A stretch of DNA of 63,882 bases, counting the filler, from Octopus bimaculoides (lineage: Eukaryota): assembly GCF_001194135.2 (NCBI RefSeq). It is 6 parts of 5 records of this genome, joined end to end, with 100 filler letters (N's around TTAATTAATTAA, not from the genome) between each part and the next. Parts side by side here need not be neighbours in the genome. Positions count along the whole stretch, not along the records: positions 20,566 to 44,339 come from NC_068982.1; 5 more parts are not named here. One strand, 5' to 3'. Position numbers and translations under genes: made by a program. Each line of letters starts with the position of its first letter. Within the stretch, counting starts at the first letter, position 1. A model generated the notes under the pieces. It saw only the letters and a list, made by a program, of their open reading frames with translations. It was not told where the DNA came from and made no database searches. Positions 26,150 to 38,786 of this stretch are shown here, piece after piece.

Positions 26150-27432
26150 TTTGACGAACATGCTAAGTTTGATTAAACCGTGCTTGTGTTTTGTATATGG
26201 ATTATTGGAAGTTGTATCTTTCAATGGAAAAACAAGTACGAACATCACTGAGCGCAGCACACGTATTCGTAGATGTACTGATATAAGATTAGAGGTGAAA
26301 ATGCATTAATTCAACGTTCAAGATTCGGAAATGCAGTAATCCAACAATAACACGTCTAATAAAAAACATGTAGGAAATCGAATAGAAGCTAAATATTAAT
26401 TAAAAAAATGGTGCTACAAATTACCAAAAGCGATCTATAACTAATTAAAACATGGTCTTGGATATAGAGAGGATAAAGTGCAGATCTAGCTGAGGAGGAA
26501 TTCTCTCCAAAATTGAGAATGATGTGTCTAATGTTGCAAAAGTAGAATGGTTTTCATCCCCAAAGTGGACCAAATAAACTACTGATAACAGAATGTTTGA
26601 AATAATATCAGTAAACATGGAGCTTGAGAATAAGCTCTGAGTCTCATTATCACTGGCTACTCATTCTTATTCAAAATGTAACACGTCTTTGGGCGTTATA
26701 ACAAATTTGCTGCCAAAATGTTTACCTAAAGAAAGTGTTGTTTCTCACTAAGTACATATACAGGGATTTACATATGTACTGTAACTATAATTATTTAAAA
26801 TAAAAATTCTCTCAATAGAAGTGTCCAAGGGGGCTGATAATTAAATGTCTATCTAGAACAGATGGGAAATAGAAGATTTTAAGGAATAGAAAGGCACATT
26901 GACAATAGGTAACGTACTATGGCTGAAAATTATAAATTGAAAATTATCAATTGAAGTAGTTGTACCAATAAATGTCTGATCATTTACTGAAAGAATTAAA
27001 CATTTTCCAGCAAAAATTCGCATCCCTTAGAAATATTTGGACTGTAATGGGAATCACGTTTGCCATAACTTAAGTGAACTTTGTTAAAATATAACTAGGA
27101 GTCAAACCCATGAAAAATAGCGAATAGGCTCCAGTGTTAGTTTCTGAAAGCATCTATTACGAAATCAAAGCCTATTCTGTGAACGCATTGCCTTGGCCAA
27201 CTAAAAAGTTTCAAGTCAGTTAGGGAACCGAAAAGTTTGAAATACAATATTCAATGAATAAGTGAAGTTAACAGATTTGAATGATTAACATGTCTTACAT
27301 GCGTACGTGTACACGATTATGCATTCATATCTATATGAATACATAAGTCCATTCATACATACAAGCATATATACTCATACAAACATACATATATAGACAC
27401 ACACATATATATGTGTATATTTATGTGTGAGA

Positions 27433-27800
27433 GAAGGCACATGGCTCAGTGGTTAGAGCGCCGAGCTTACGATCGTGAGGTTGTGAGTTTCATTCTCGGA
27501 CCGGGTTGCGTGTTGTGTTCTTGAGCAAGACTCTTTATTTCACGTTGCACCAGTTCACGTACCTGTAGAAATGAGTTGGGACGTCACTGGTGCCAAGCTG
27601 TATCGGCCTTTGCCTTTCCCTTGGATAACACTGGTGGCGTGGAGAGGGGAAGCCAGTATGCCTGGGCGACTGCTGGTCTTCCATGAAAACAACCGTAGGT
27701 TGTGCGTTCGCAGATGACTCGACTTTCCACCCAGACTTGTACCCCAGAGGGGATCCTTTTAGGTACACACATGGTCATTCGTGATCGATGGAGTGTAAAT
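27433..27800 (+). mobile_element. Full-length tRNA-derived SINE (head C + tail C)
   Basis: A-box TGGCTCAGTGG, degenerate B box, TTGAGCAAGACTCTTTATTTCACGTTGCACCAG core, tail distinct from tail B. Confidence 0.85.
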
Positions 27801-29289
27801 GAACAAAACAAATTATGTGTGCGTGTATGTGTGTGTATATATATAAATANNNNNNNNNNNNNNNNNNNNNNNNNNNNNNNNNNNNNNNNNNNNNNNNNNN
27901 NNNNNNNNNNNNNNNNNNNNNNNNNNNNNNNNNNNNNNNNNNNNNNNNNNNNNNNNNNNNNNNNNNNNNNNNNNNNNNNNNNNNNNNNNNNNNNNNNNNN
28001 NNNNNNNNNNNNNNNNNNNNNNNNNNNNNNNNNNNNNNNNNNNNNNNNNNNNNNNNNNNNNNNNNNNNNNNNNNNNNNNNNNNNNNNNNNNNNNNNNNNN
28101 NNNNNNNNATATATATATATATATATATACATATATATACATACATACATACATACATGCATACGTGCCTCTGTATGTACCTTTATATGTTTATGGACCT
28201 GCGTTTCGTGTGTGTGCGTGCACGCGCGAGTTTCTGTGTTTACTATTATGGCGGCATAACACTTAACGTTTCACCCAATTGCCTCTCTAAATCGCATATT
28301 TCATTTGATTGTAATTTTGAATAATGTTCCTTTTGTAAAATAATTCTATCAGGCATGAATAGCTCGTTATTTGTGATGATAGATACGTTTTCTATATTTT
28401 TATATTGTTCTATTTTCTTATAGCTGTCTATCCTCAGTATATCTTCAAGTCGAGATATGGAAGAATTGTATTTGTTAGACGCATCACATATTGAAGCTGT
28501 TAACCGTGAAGCCTGTACAGATTTTGTGGCAGTTAAAGACTACCGTATGTTAGTGTGCGGTATAGTCCAGGATCCTCTTTTTATAAATAAAGAGAAACGG
28601 TTAACATACCATAGTCACCTGAAGTGACTCCAATATATTACCACCGGTAATTATGTAAATCCCAGAGAGATGAAATATTACAATAGTGAAAATTAAATTC
28701 AGATAATTAAGGCACAAAAATGATGCCAGACAATTTAATCCACTGCTTTTTGTTATCATAGTTTACTATTGCTGCTACTACATAAGTTTGGGTTAGCATT
28801 ATTGTTAAGTGTGTTCCTAGTAATATTTTGGTTCCTATCATTAGTATTACCGTACTTATGTGTCCTAGATAAATCATCGCTTTTAACATTTACGAAATGC
28901 GTCAAAAAGGAAGCAACTTTATTTTTTCCCGCCAAAACTAATGTGGTATGGGCCAAATCCCTTGCTTGATACCGACGCCACCTTCCATGCGCATATGCGA
29001 AAATTTTCGCACGGATAGGCCACTCCAGTTTCCGGTTATTATGCCTACAACACAGATGTGTAGTGCGGTCGAACTGTATTTTCGTTTTCACGCAAGATGT
29101 CCGAACACAGAGATAATATGTTCATGTCTCATCACAAGTCATGGTCGTCTTCATAAAATATGTGTCGTGGTTTACCGTCCAGTGTGTCCTGATCGATTTC
29201 CATACTAAGTTTCTTCTACTCCAGGAGCAACGAACGTTACGTTGTTAATCAGCAGTGAGTTCTGGCATCCCCTCTAGTCTGATAGAAAG

Positions 29290-30065
29290 CCAATCAACTC
29301 CCCCAAAGGACTGAATGACTAACTGGTGTCTCTGAAACTCGCCGTTAGAGGAAATCATCGTCTAACCATTATCAGTGCCTAGGTTCCCACCATGACTAAC
29401 CGTGAGGAGATCAAAGACAAGTTTTATGAACATTTGAAAGCCTTAATAACTGCTATGTCTGAAGAGGTCAAGCTCCACACCCTCCGCGATTTCAGCGTCA
29501 GAGTTAGTACATACTACCAGAAATAGAAGGGAGTCATTGGGAGAAATGAAGTTGGCACGTGCAACAACAACAGTTATGTACTGCTGAAGACTTCTGCAGC
29601 GCATTGACTTGCAGATCACCAACTCAGTGTTTCCCCTACCCAACTACGAAAAGACGTCCTGGATGCATCCACGGAGCAAGTATTAACATTTAATTAACTA
29701 CGTCATAATCAAGAGTCAGAACTGAAAGTTGCCTACGAAGCAGCCTACAACATCACCAAAGGCAAGGTGCATCTGAAGCTTCAGGGTTTCAGAGATGATG
29801 GATTCTTCCCTCAGCAACAACGGGGACGACAAATACAAATACGCTGACAGCAACAACTAAAATCGCTTTTATGATGTTTTGAAACGCATCTACGGGCTCC
29901 AGTTCTCCTTTTATTGCCAAGCTGTAACATCTGAGGGGCCATTTTCAGAACAGGATTGCAAGGACACGAAAGAATAGGGAAGTGCACAAGCCCAAAGACA
30001 ACTCCTTGCTTTCAATCCCAGCAGACCACTAATGCACGCATCGGACTCATCGACCACAGCCCGCC
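29290..30065 (+). mobile_element. RTE/BovB-like LINE remnant: APE endonuclease pieces plus linker and C-terminal bits
   Basis: TIISA*VPTMTNREEIKDKFYEHL; GVIGRNEVGTCNNN; KTSWMHPRSK; FYDVLKRIYG; terminal RIGL. Confidence 0.85.
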
Positions 30066-32174
30066 TTCTTCTCCCACATGATGTTCTTGAATACTGTCGA
30101 ATATGACTAAGATATATTAGTTGAAGTAAATGACAGCGTCAACACGATAGACTAAAATTCTTATCAGCAGTGTAATGAACCAAATGAATAAAACTAAAAA
30201 CAAAAGAATCCCCTGTTTTAATGTTACGAAACGCCAGCCTAGACGGCATTAACACCAATTACAAATATTCAGTTTTACACCAAAATGTGTTTCTTGAAAT
30301 GCTTTGACATCTGCTCGTTTTAGGTTCTCCGTTTCAGTGTGTCTTTTCTACAACTATTGATACCGAAACAATGAGTACCAGTAAGGTTTACGTGGTGGTC
30401 CACTTGATCACTCTGATATTCTTATGATTATACGGCGTACTAAATTGTTGTGAAAATGACAAGCCCTAGTTTCTTGCTTACTTCGACTGAGGACTAAAAT
30501 TATTCCAATTGAAAATATAGATTGATATTTCTTTTTTATTTTCTAAATCCATAATGAATTTCAATACATTTATGTTGGTGTCTAACAGTACGGTTATTTT
30601 GATTGTCTAAGAATGTTTTCACAAAATTGTTCGATAAGCTACGAATAACAATTAGACTCCCTGCAATGATACCCTTACATTTTAAAAGAACAGATACATC
30701 GTATAATTCGTACTTGTGTGAATATGAAACAAATAGAAAAATTTTGATAATAAAGCTGCTCATTCAGTTGCCAATCTAGAGATGCTCAAGAACGAAAATA
30801 TACCCAGAACATGCAGGTTGTGTATAGGTAATGTTTTTTTTTCTTTATGATTTGACATAAAATACATAGATTTTAGATATACAGAGAAAAGGGGATGCGT
30901 AACTCTCTGGAAATTAATACCGTAAATAATGCAAAACTTACATTTCAGGCTGATATCGAGAGTATACTCTCTGTAATCGACCCATGAAATGAATCTGGCA
31001 TATTTAGAAATGGAATAGAGAGGCAATTTTGTATTCATTTGAGATTTGTGTTCCCTATTGTGCAATACCATAAATGATTCTGAGTTTGTAATTATCAATA
31101 TATTTCAATTTATGATGTCAATCATATTTTTTAAGTCAGTGGAATATTACTTTTGAATAGATAATTGATAAAGCTATAAAAATCATTGGTATATATACAC
31201 TTTCTGTGGATTCTACATTAATATTATTGGATGCCGTTAGGTTTTCTATTGTGATCGTACAAGCATGAAACGATTAAAGAGTTGAATACACTGTTCCTTT
31301 ACGACATTTTGGCTTAATGTTTCAAGTTTTCAAATGAAAATCAAAAGACTGCAATGAAAAATAATTTATTTTCAATGTAGGAAATATCACAAAGAGTTGC
31401 AACGTTGAGTGCAATTTCGAAGTTACTCTTAATGTTCTTTTCATAAAGATTTGTTAATCTAATTAAGTAATCCTTCAGATATTTTAATTTATGTATACTT
31501 ACCCTTAAAATCAAAACAGCTGGTATTTTCATTGCTATTTCTTTGCTACTCAATAAATTACAGAATTTTTTATTATAGTGTATACGAAAAATGTGCAAGT
31601 ATGCGCAGAGGTGGTTGAATTGAATTGAACAATTCCTTGTTTTACAGAGGAGTACTAAAACAGCTATTTATGTATTGTTACTTTACTTATAATTACACAT
31701 TTTTATTGCGCGAGATTTGACATTAAATTTCAGATTGGTTAATGGGTACATAGCCTTACATTCTTTAATGAGTTTTTGTCAATCGCTTCATTCAATATGA
31801 AGTTAATATTTTGTATTTGCCAAATTGCTGCATAGAAAAGTATACAGTAATATGTATGTGTATGTATAGGTGAGTGTGTGTCTGCGTGTGTGTTTAAGAG
31901 TGTGTGGATGTATATATATNNNNNNNNNNNNNNNNNNNNNNNNNNNNNNNNNNNNNNNNNNNNNNNNNNNNNNNNNNNNNNNNNNNNNNNNNNNNNNNNN
32001 NNNNNNNNNNNNNNNNNNNNNNNNNNNNNNNNNNNNNNNNNNNNNNNNNNNNNNNNNNNNNNNNNNNNNNNNNNNNNNNNNNNNNNNNNNNNNNNNNNNN
32101 NNNNNNNNNNNNNNNNNNNNNNNNNNNNNNNNNNNNNNNNNNNNNNNNNNNNNNNNNNNNNNNNNNNNNNNNNN

Positions 32175-32248
<74 letters not shown>

Positions 32249-34026
32249 TGATAGATAGATAGAGATAGCACAGTTCCTTACTGTGTCTGAAAAGAATAGA
32301 TGTAAACGGTCGCATAAAATAGGAATAAATTTAATTACGATCTTTTGTTTTGTTTAGAATATGTTTTAACGTGTCAATTATAGAATGCATTCCAACTGCA
32401 TCACCAATTTTTCGCTGTTTGATATTATATACCTGTTTATTTCTATCTATTTATCTATTAATTTGGACGCCACAACAAATCTTTGTCATAACAGTGTTTC
32501 TTCTGAGTACATCGATATTTTGAAGTGCGCGCATGCGCACGCACACACACACACACGCAAACACTCACACACACACAAAGAAGCGTGCGCACCTGCGTGC
32601 TTTGTCTATAATTATTTGGAATGCCCATTGTTCTCATTCCATTTGTATCGTAAGATTTCAGAATTCAAATATTTTAGTGTTTTGAAAACACTTATTGCGT
32701 ATTCTCTTGGACTCCTCTACATTGATACTCACTTGTACAGTTCACGTGTATACAAGCGCACACACACATATATATTTATTAATAAATATATACATACTTA
32801 TAAATGTACTCACACACTGACAAATATATATTTAATTATGAATGAAATTTGTTTATTTCCAAATTACGTCTATTGTATTGCCCATAGCTGGAACCAACGA
32901 GTGATTGGTTTACTATTTAAAAATCACAGAATGTACACGCTTACTTCAAGGTTAAATTAGGTTAACAGGATGTGAATAATTTTTAGTTATATAAATAAAA
33001 CAATTTATATCAGTGGATGAAACAATGAATTATTTTAGCACGTTTCTTATATATATAAATTTCTGAAAAGGTAGCTGCAATTTCCTGCATAGTAGGCAAT
33101 GGGTTAAGGCTTATACAATCATATGAGTTACGCGAAATTTTAAACTCAACATTTCTATCAAGAAAGTACTAAATATTCACTTCCTTAGTGGAAATAAAGA
33201 TTTTAAAAAACATGCTAATATAATTCGCGCTAAAGAAGCAACAAGCCATAACTATTAACGGAATATAAACGGATATGTATGTGATATACATATCATCCAA
33301 GTAATTTGTATATTTGCAATGAAATTTCCTAAAGTAAGAAAGTAGTGGCTAGATTAATATATCCCTAGAATTATATACCATGAAAACACAAAGCATTGCC
33401 TTACAGAGCATTAACGTAAACAGACATATGGTACAATATATAGTTAAGATTTTGGAATACAATGGATTCGCTTTTATCAATGCAAATAAAATGTGAAATG
33501 ATTCTCTTCATTTCGTAGAATTCCTCAGCACATACATATTCAAATCTTTACACCTATTTTAAGTCCAATGATACATTGTATTCTATATGCTTTGAAATTA
33601 CACAACGTTCGTATAACTTATTAATACATGTAAATTTATCCTCAGTGCTTATTAACTCTCTTCGCAAGGACAGCCAAATTTGTATGCGTTTAGTCGCTGA
33701 TGATTGGACTATACAACACGTGTTCTTGATTATGCTATTATCAACATCCATGTCTGAAATGTCACTCATTTATATACACGTACATACATGCACACATACA
33801 TACACTCACGCAAACATGAGTATATATATANNNNNNNNNNNNNNNNNNNNNNNNNNNNNNNNNNNNNNNNNNNNNNNNNNNNNNNNNNNNNNNNNNNNNN
33901 NNNNNNNNNNNNNNNNNNNNNNNNNNNNNNNNNNNNNNNNNNNNNNNNNNNNNNNNNNNNNNNNNNNNNNNNNNNNNNNNNNNNNNNATATATATATGTA
34001 TGTATGTATGTATATATACATATGTC

Positions 34027-35690
34027 AGGTCGCTCTTGAGTGCTACTGGTAACATGTAATCCAGTACAACATGTCGCATGGTCGGTGACTAAACTGACAA
34101 CCCCACCAGGCTTGCTTGTTGAGGAGGGTGTTGTTGTAGACCCTGCAGGATGAAAAATAAGACCTGTCAAAGGGTTTGTACTCTTATGTTAAGGAGGTAT
34201 ATGGCCCAAAATCTTTCTCAATATCTCCAGTGAGAACAGCAAATGGACGTTGTATTATGACTGACACCGCTTGTATTTAATAAGCGTTGGGTAGAACATT
34301 TTTCTGAACTTTTGAATAGATCATCATCCGTTGACATGACGATGATAGAAAAAAATTGAACACCTTCGAGTTATAGAACTGATGGCATTTGATCCAACTC
34401 TAAATGACATTTATTTAGCTGTGAATAAGCTAAATAACAATAAGTCTCCAGGTCTGATGAAATCTGCACAGAAGTCTTGAAATATGGGGGTGACAAAATA
34501 TTTGAACTCTTAAATATATTAATTTTTCACTGTTGGAGAACTGAGAAAGTGTCTCAAGATTGAGTCGATGCCAATTTAGTTACCTTGTATAAATCGCGGC
34601 CAAAGTAACTGTGTGGTAATTTTCATGGGATTTTGCTTTTGTCTGTGGTTGCAAAGGTACTTATCTGCATTTTGTTAGAACGTTTAAATACCGCTATAGT
34701 TACAAATATAATGTCTGAGTCTCATCAGAGTGGTTTTCTTTCCTCCAGGGGCACAGCTGATTGTATCTTTACTTTCAGACAATTAGAAGAAAAGTGCATT
34801 GAACAGAATCTTGCTGAATACCATTGCTTTGTTGATTTGAGCAAAACATTCGATACTGTTAATCGAAATGCTCTATGGCAAACTCTAAGGAAAATAGGTT
34901 GCCCAGAAAACTTTGTAAACATGGTCAGCGCTTTGCATCAAGGTATGAAAGCTAGAGTTAATTTTGGTGGTTGACTCACTGAGTCTTTTGCTGTGGAAAA
35001 TGGAGTAAAGCAAGGAGACCATGGTGAATCCACCCTTTTTGCAATATATTTTGCTGTTGTGTTGTCACATACCTTCAGATGAACGAATGCCGAAACAGCA
35101 GCGTTATGCTGAGCTTGCAGAGGGGAAACGCTACTGGCGTAAACCTATGAAGGCACTTGGAATGGTTCCAGAAGATATAGAAACCCTTGCTTCGGATCGA
35201 GTTGGATGGCGAACAAAGGTGTGGAGTGGCGCAAAATCATTTGAATAGGCCACGATAACGCAAGTAAGACTCAAAAGAGATGTAAGGAAGAATGTAACGA
35301 TCGTGAAGGTGAATGACAATGACCTTTTTGTGTGCACACTCTGTGACACACCATGCCTGTCTTTAACTGACTTCAAATCTCAACTGCGAACGCATGGAGA
35401 ACGAACCTGCACCAACTATTCCGATTATATGTCTTTGCACACCTTTGAATACAATGTTTGCCAGAAGTTTTGCAAATCCAACAGAGGCCTCAAAAGACAT
35501 GTTAAGATCCACAAAGAGCAGAACTTATCCGCAGGTATTCGTGGTCCAAATCAGAGGGGTGATAACTATGTGGGTGTCTTTTCAGAAAATTGCCTCGTTT
35601 AAAAAGCCACATCAGACGCCATGATGGTGCTAAGATGTACGTACAGGAGGTGGTCAAACTCTGTATGAGGAGTAGACAACGACCTTATAT
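34027..35690 (+). mobile_element. RTE LINE with putative 5' UTR, partial RT and C-terminal zinc fingers; internally deleted
   Basis: RWVEHFSELLNR (34285); QSGF...RGTADCIFTFRQLEEKC...FVDLSKTFDTVNR (34633-34974); NGVKQGD; then jumps to DERMPKQ...ELAEGKR; no YADD region present. Confidence 0.9.
35330..35623 (+). pseudogene. Three tandem C2H2-like fingers at the RTE C-terminus
   Basis: CTLCDTPCLSLTDFKSQLRTH; (Y)NVCQKFCKSNRGLKRHVKIH; after a frameshift LCGCLFRKLPRLKSHIRRH. Confidence 0.7.
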
Positions 35691-35705
35691 ACATATACAT
35701 ACATA

Positions 35706-35739
<34 letters not shown>

Positions 35740-36379
35740 NNNNNNNNNNNNNNNNNNNNNNNNNNNNNNNNNNNNNNNNNNNNNNNNNNNNNNNNNNNNN
35801 NNNNNNNNNNNNNNNNNNNNNNNNNNNNNNNNNNNNNNNNNNNNNNNNNNNNNNNNNNNNNNNNNNNNNNNNNNNNNNNNNNNNNNNNNNNNNNNNNNNN
35901 NNNNNNNNNNNNNNNNNNNNNNNNNNNNNNNNNNNNNNNNNNNNNNNNNNNNNNNNNNNNNNNNNNNNNNNNNNNNNNNNNNNNNNNNNNNNNNNNNNNN
36001 NNNNNNNNNNNNNNNNNNNNNNNNNNNNNNNNATTAAAACCAGTGGCCTAGAATATTTTTAAAATTCCGAAGATTAAAATTACATTACATACAAAATTAA
36101 GAGGAATGAACACCGAAAGGGGACTCCTATATGATAGAAATAGATGCCAAATCACCTAACCACGAAGAGTATGATCTCAAGAAAAATTTTCAGCAACACG
36201 CCAGACTGTAAAAAGGGCAAGACAAATGAAAATATACGAAATAAAAAAAACGATTACCAACGTACCAATAGTTTCACCGATTAATATTTACACAAGCAAA
36301 TATCCGCAGTACCATCAGCGTAGTCTGTTGATTTATAAAATATAATTTCCAGAACTAGACACAGAACGTTCACCGAATA

Positions 36380-37490
36380 CCTCCGTAGAAGTGGCTCGAA
36401 GGGACTTCAAGGTCGTAGAAGCGACGAAAGAGGACACTCTTATCGGACCGAGCGCATGATGCTGAACGGTTCTGATATGTAACCATTTACCCGAACTATC
36501 CAGAGAATGCCGCTGTATATTGCGGCAATCCAGCCACAGGAAACGGGACCTCTAACGGCTGCTGTGAAAACAGCTACCAACTATTAGTAGTCGATCCTAC
36601 CGTAGGCTTTTGATAGAAACTCAACTGGGCCTACGCATGCCAACTTCTTTACCCACCCTATCTTTGATGTAACGCATGAGGTAGAGGTTTTAACGTGGAT
36701 AGATCTGCTTGGTATGGTGCATGTTAACGGATGAATCGTTATTTCTTCGACGACAAGCGGCAGCCTCTCTCCTACCACCTTGGCCAATATTCTGAAATCT
36801 ACACTTAGCTGCGCCATAACGCAAATATTTTCTATTTGACATCCCTTGTTTGGGTGCTTTCTCAGCAGTACCACCACACCCCACCTCATAGAACATGGAA
36901 TTCTCCCGTTCTGCTCCCATATAGATATCTAGTAGATACCTGCAAAGAGTCTGCAAAACAAGTCAGACACAAAGCTCGAACGCCAGACCTTGCAAGTCAA
37001 GCGATTTTCACCCTGTGCAGACCATAATCACATCTCACATTTCTGCGGTTATTAACGGGCTTTCGCAACGACAACCACCCTGGTCGAGAGTCGTGACATG
37101 CTGCCAATGTACGAACTGAAGTTCATTCTGCGTTCCGGACTACCATCCCTCGCAAAGAGTTGACCTAAGCGCTGCTGAAATGCTGCACACATCTCTTAGG
37201 CCTATAGTATCGTACTTTCAATTTAGTCCACCTAAGACCGAAATGTAACTTTGTTACAAATTTGCGCTTTGCAACTCGGATCAACCGAGTGGCTTTTGTT
37301 ACATCGTTTCTTATACCATGAGCCTCAGATCTGACAATATAACTTTCCTAATTAGCGTTGAATTGGTCCAGAGCCAATTTCACTGCCGGTATGTTTATTG
37401 AGACGCCTTTCCTAAGCGCCTGTTCTAAGTTTCTATGTTTCCCTGTATTCTCTTTCTATCGCTAATGCCTTTCAAAACCTAATTGATTCT
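36380..37490 (-). mobile_element. Tx1/L1-clade LINE RT fragment, decayed
   Basis: GVVVLLRKHPNKG...DFRILAKVVGERL...TCTIPSRSIH...SKAYGRIDY...VRVNGYISEPFSIMRSVR; homologous to 56632-57138. Confidence 0.85.
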
Positions 37491-37857
37491 ACATAAATTT
37501 CCTTTTTATCGGAGAAACACCATTTGAAGTTGAAAAGTTTCCTCGACAATCAAATTACGATTGATGTACAAGAAATTTTAGTCATCTACAAAACATGCCT
37601 CGCCAAATACTACTATTATATCGCCATTATACTGAAGAAGTTCTAAATTCAATATCCAATTAATAAATATATGCATGCATGCGAACAGAGCAGAACATAT
37701 AATAAATTTCACGCACACACGCATACGCACACATATGCGCGTATGTGTATGAATGAGTGTGTGCGTGCGTGTGTGTGCGTGTGTGCACACGATAATCGAC
37801 TGATGAATTCATATACTGACCAAAATATTTTCTTGGATTGTGACCAAAGGAGGTTTA

Positions 37858-38400
37858 CTTTTGAACGTGGTACTTCTTGCGGTCCACACACTCCGTAAAT
37901 CGGTTGTTGCAATGTTTGCATTCCATTGGCGAAGATGTCGTCATCCTGCTGCTCATAAGATTCATCAACATCACATTTGACATCATCTTCACTGCGATAC
38001 TGGTTTCCAGCCTAGTTTTATTTTCATGTGGCAGAAGAGATGATTGTGAGATGGAGCCAAATCAGGAGAGTTCGAGAATGATCAAGCAGTTCAAAGCTAC
38101 AGTCACGCAGAGCAACCTTTTAAAGCAGGGACGTGTGTGATGGATAGTTGTTCTGATGAAACAAGTTCCCTCACTTCAGATTTCCTGGGCATTTGTTCTT
38201 CATAGCCTTTCGTAACTGCTTCGGCAATTTCGCATAATACTTTCCATTGATATTGTGACCGTTTTGATGATAGTCAATAAATACAAGCTGGTCATTAAAG
38301 TTCATTATGCAGAATATTCTCAACACCCTTATGGGATATGCCATTAGCATTAGCTAATTGATCTGTAGCGAATCGCCTGACGTCCATCACGTGTTTACAC
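37858..38400 (-). mobile_element. Mariner transposase remnant (catalytic C-half, internally deleted)
   Basis: Minus strand FIDYHQNGHNINGKYYAKL...FHQNNYPSHTS...SPDLAPSHNHLF (38050-38069)...FANGMQTLQQ. Confidence 0.85.
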
Positions 38401-38665
38401 GATCAATGTTTACCTCTCTTTTAGCAGTTACAGGATGTCATAACATTGAGTCATCTTCAAATCTTTTCCTTCCCTCCTAAGTTAGTCTGCTCACTTTTGC
38501 ACAGTTGATAAGCTCTACCGTTCTCTCCTAATGTAGCAACCAGGATGAATGTCATTGGAGGGTAAATCTTAGTTCTGCAGTCTCTTGTCAAGACTATGAG
38601 GCCAAATTTTGTCCATTTTCAAGTCGCTACCAGTTATATTGAATGTGTGTACACATACACATGCA

Positions 38666-38740
<75 letters not shown>

Positions 38741-38753
38741 GCACATATGATTT

Positions 38754-38786
<33 letters not shown>

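Noticed and set aside
28756-29208. GC-richer stretch with overlapping 66-111 aa ORFs; faint mariner-like MTCDET* on the minus strand
   Set aside because: No convincing motif chain in any frame; cannot be assigned without a database search
34027-34250. HDV-like ribozyme in the putative RTE 5' UTR
   Set aside because: Only a short ACTGG/CCAGT hairpin is visible; I could not build the nested double pseudoknot by eye
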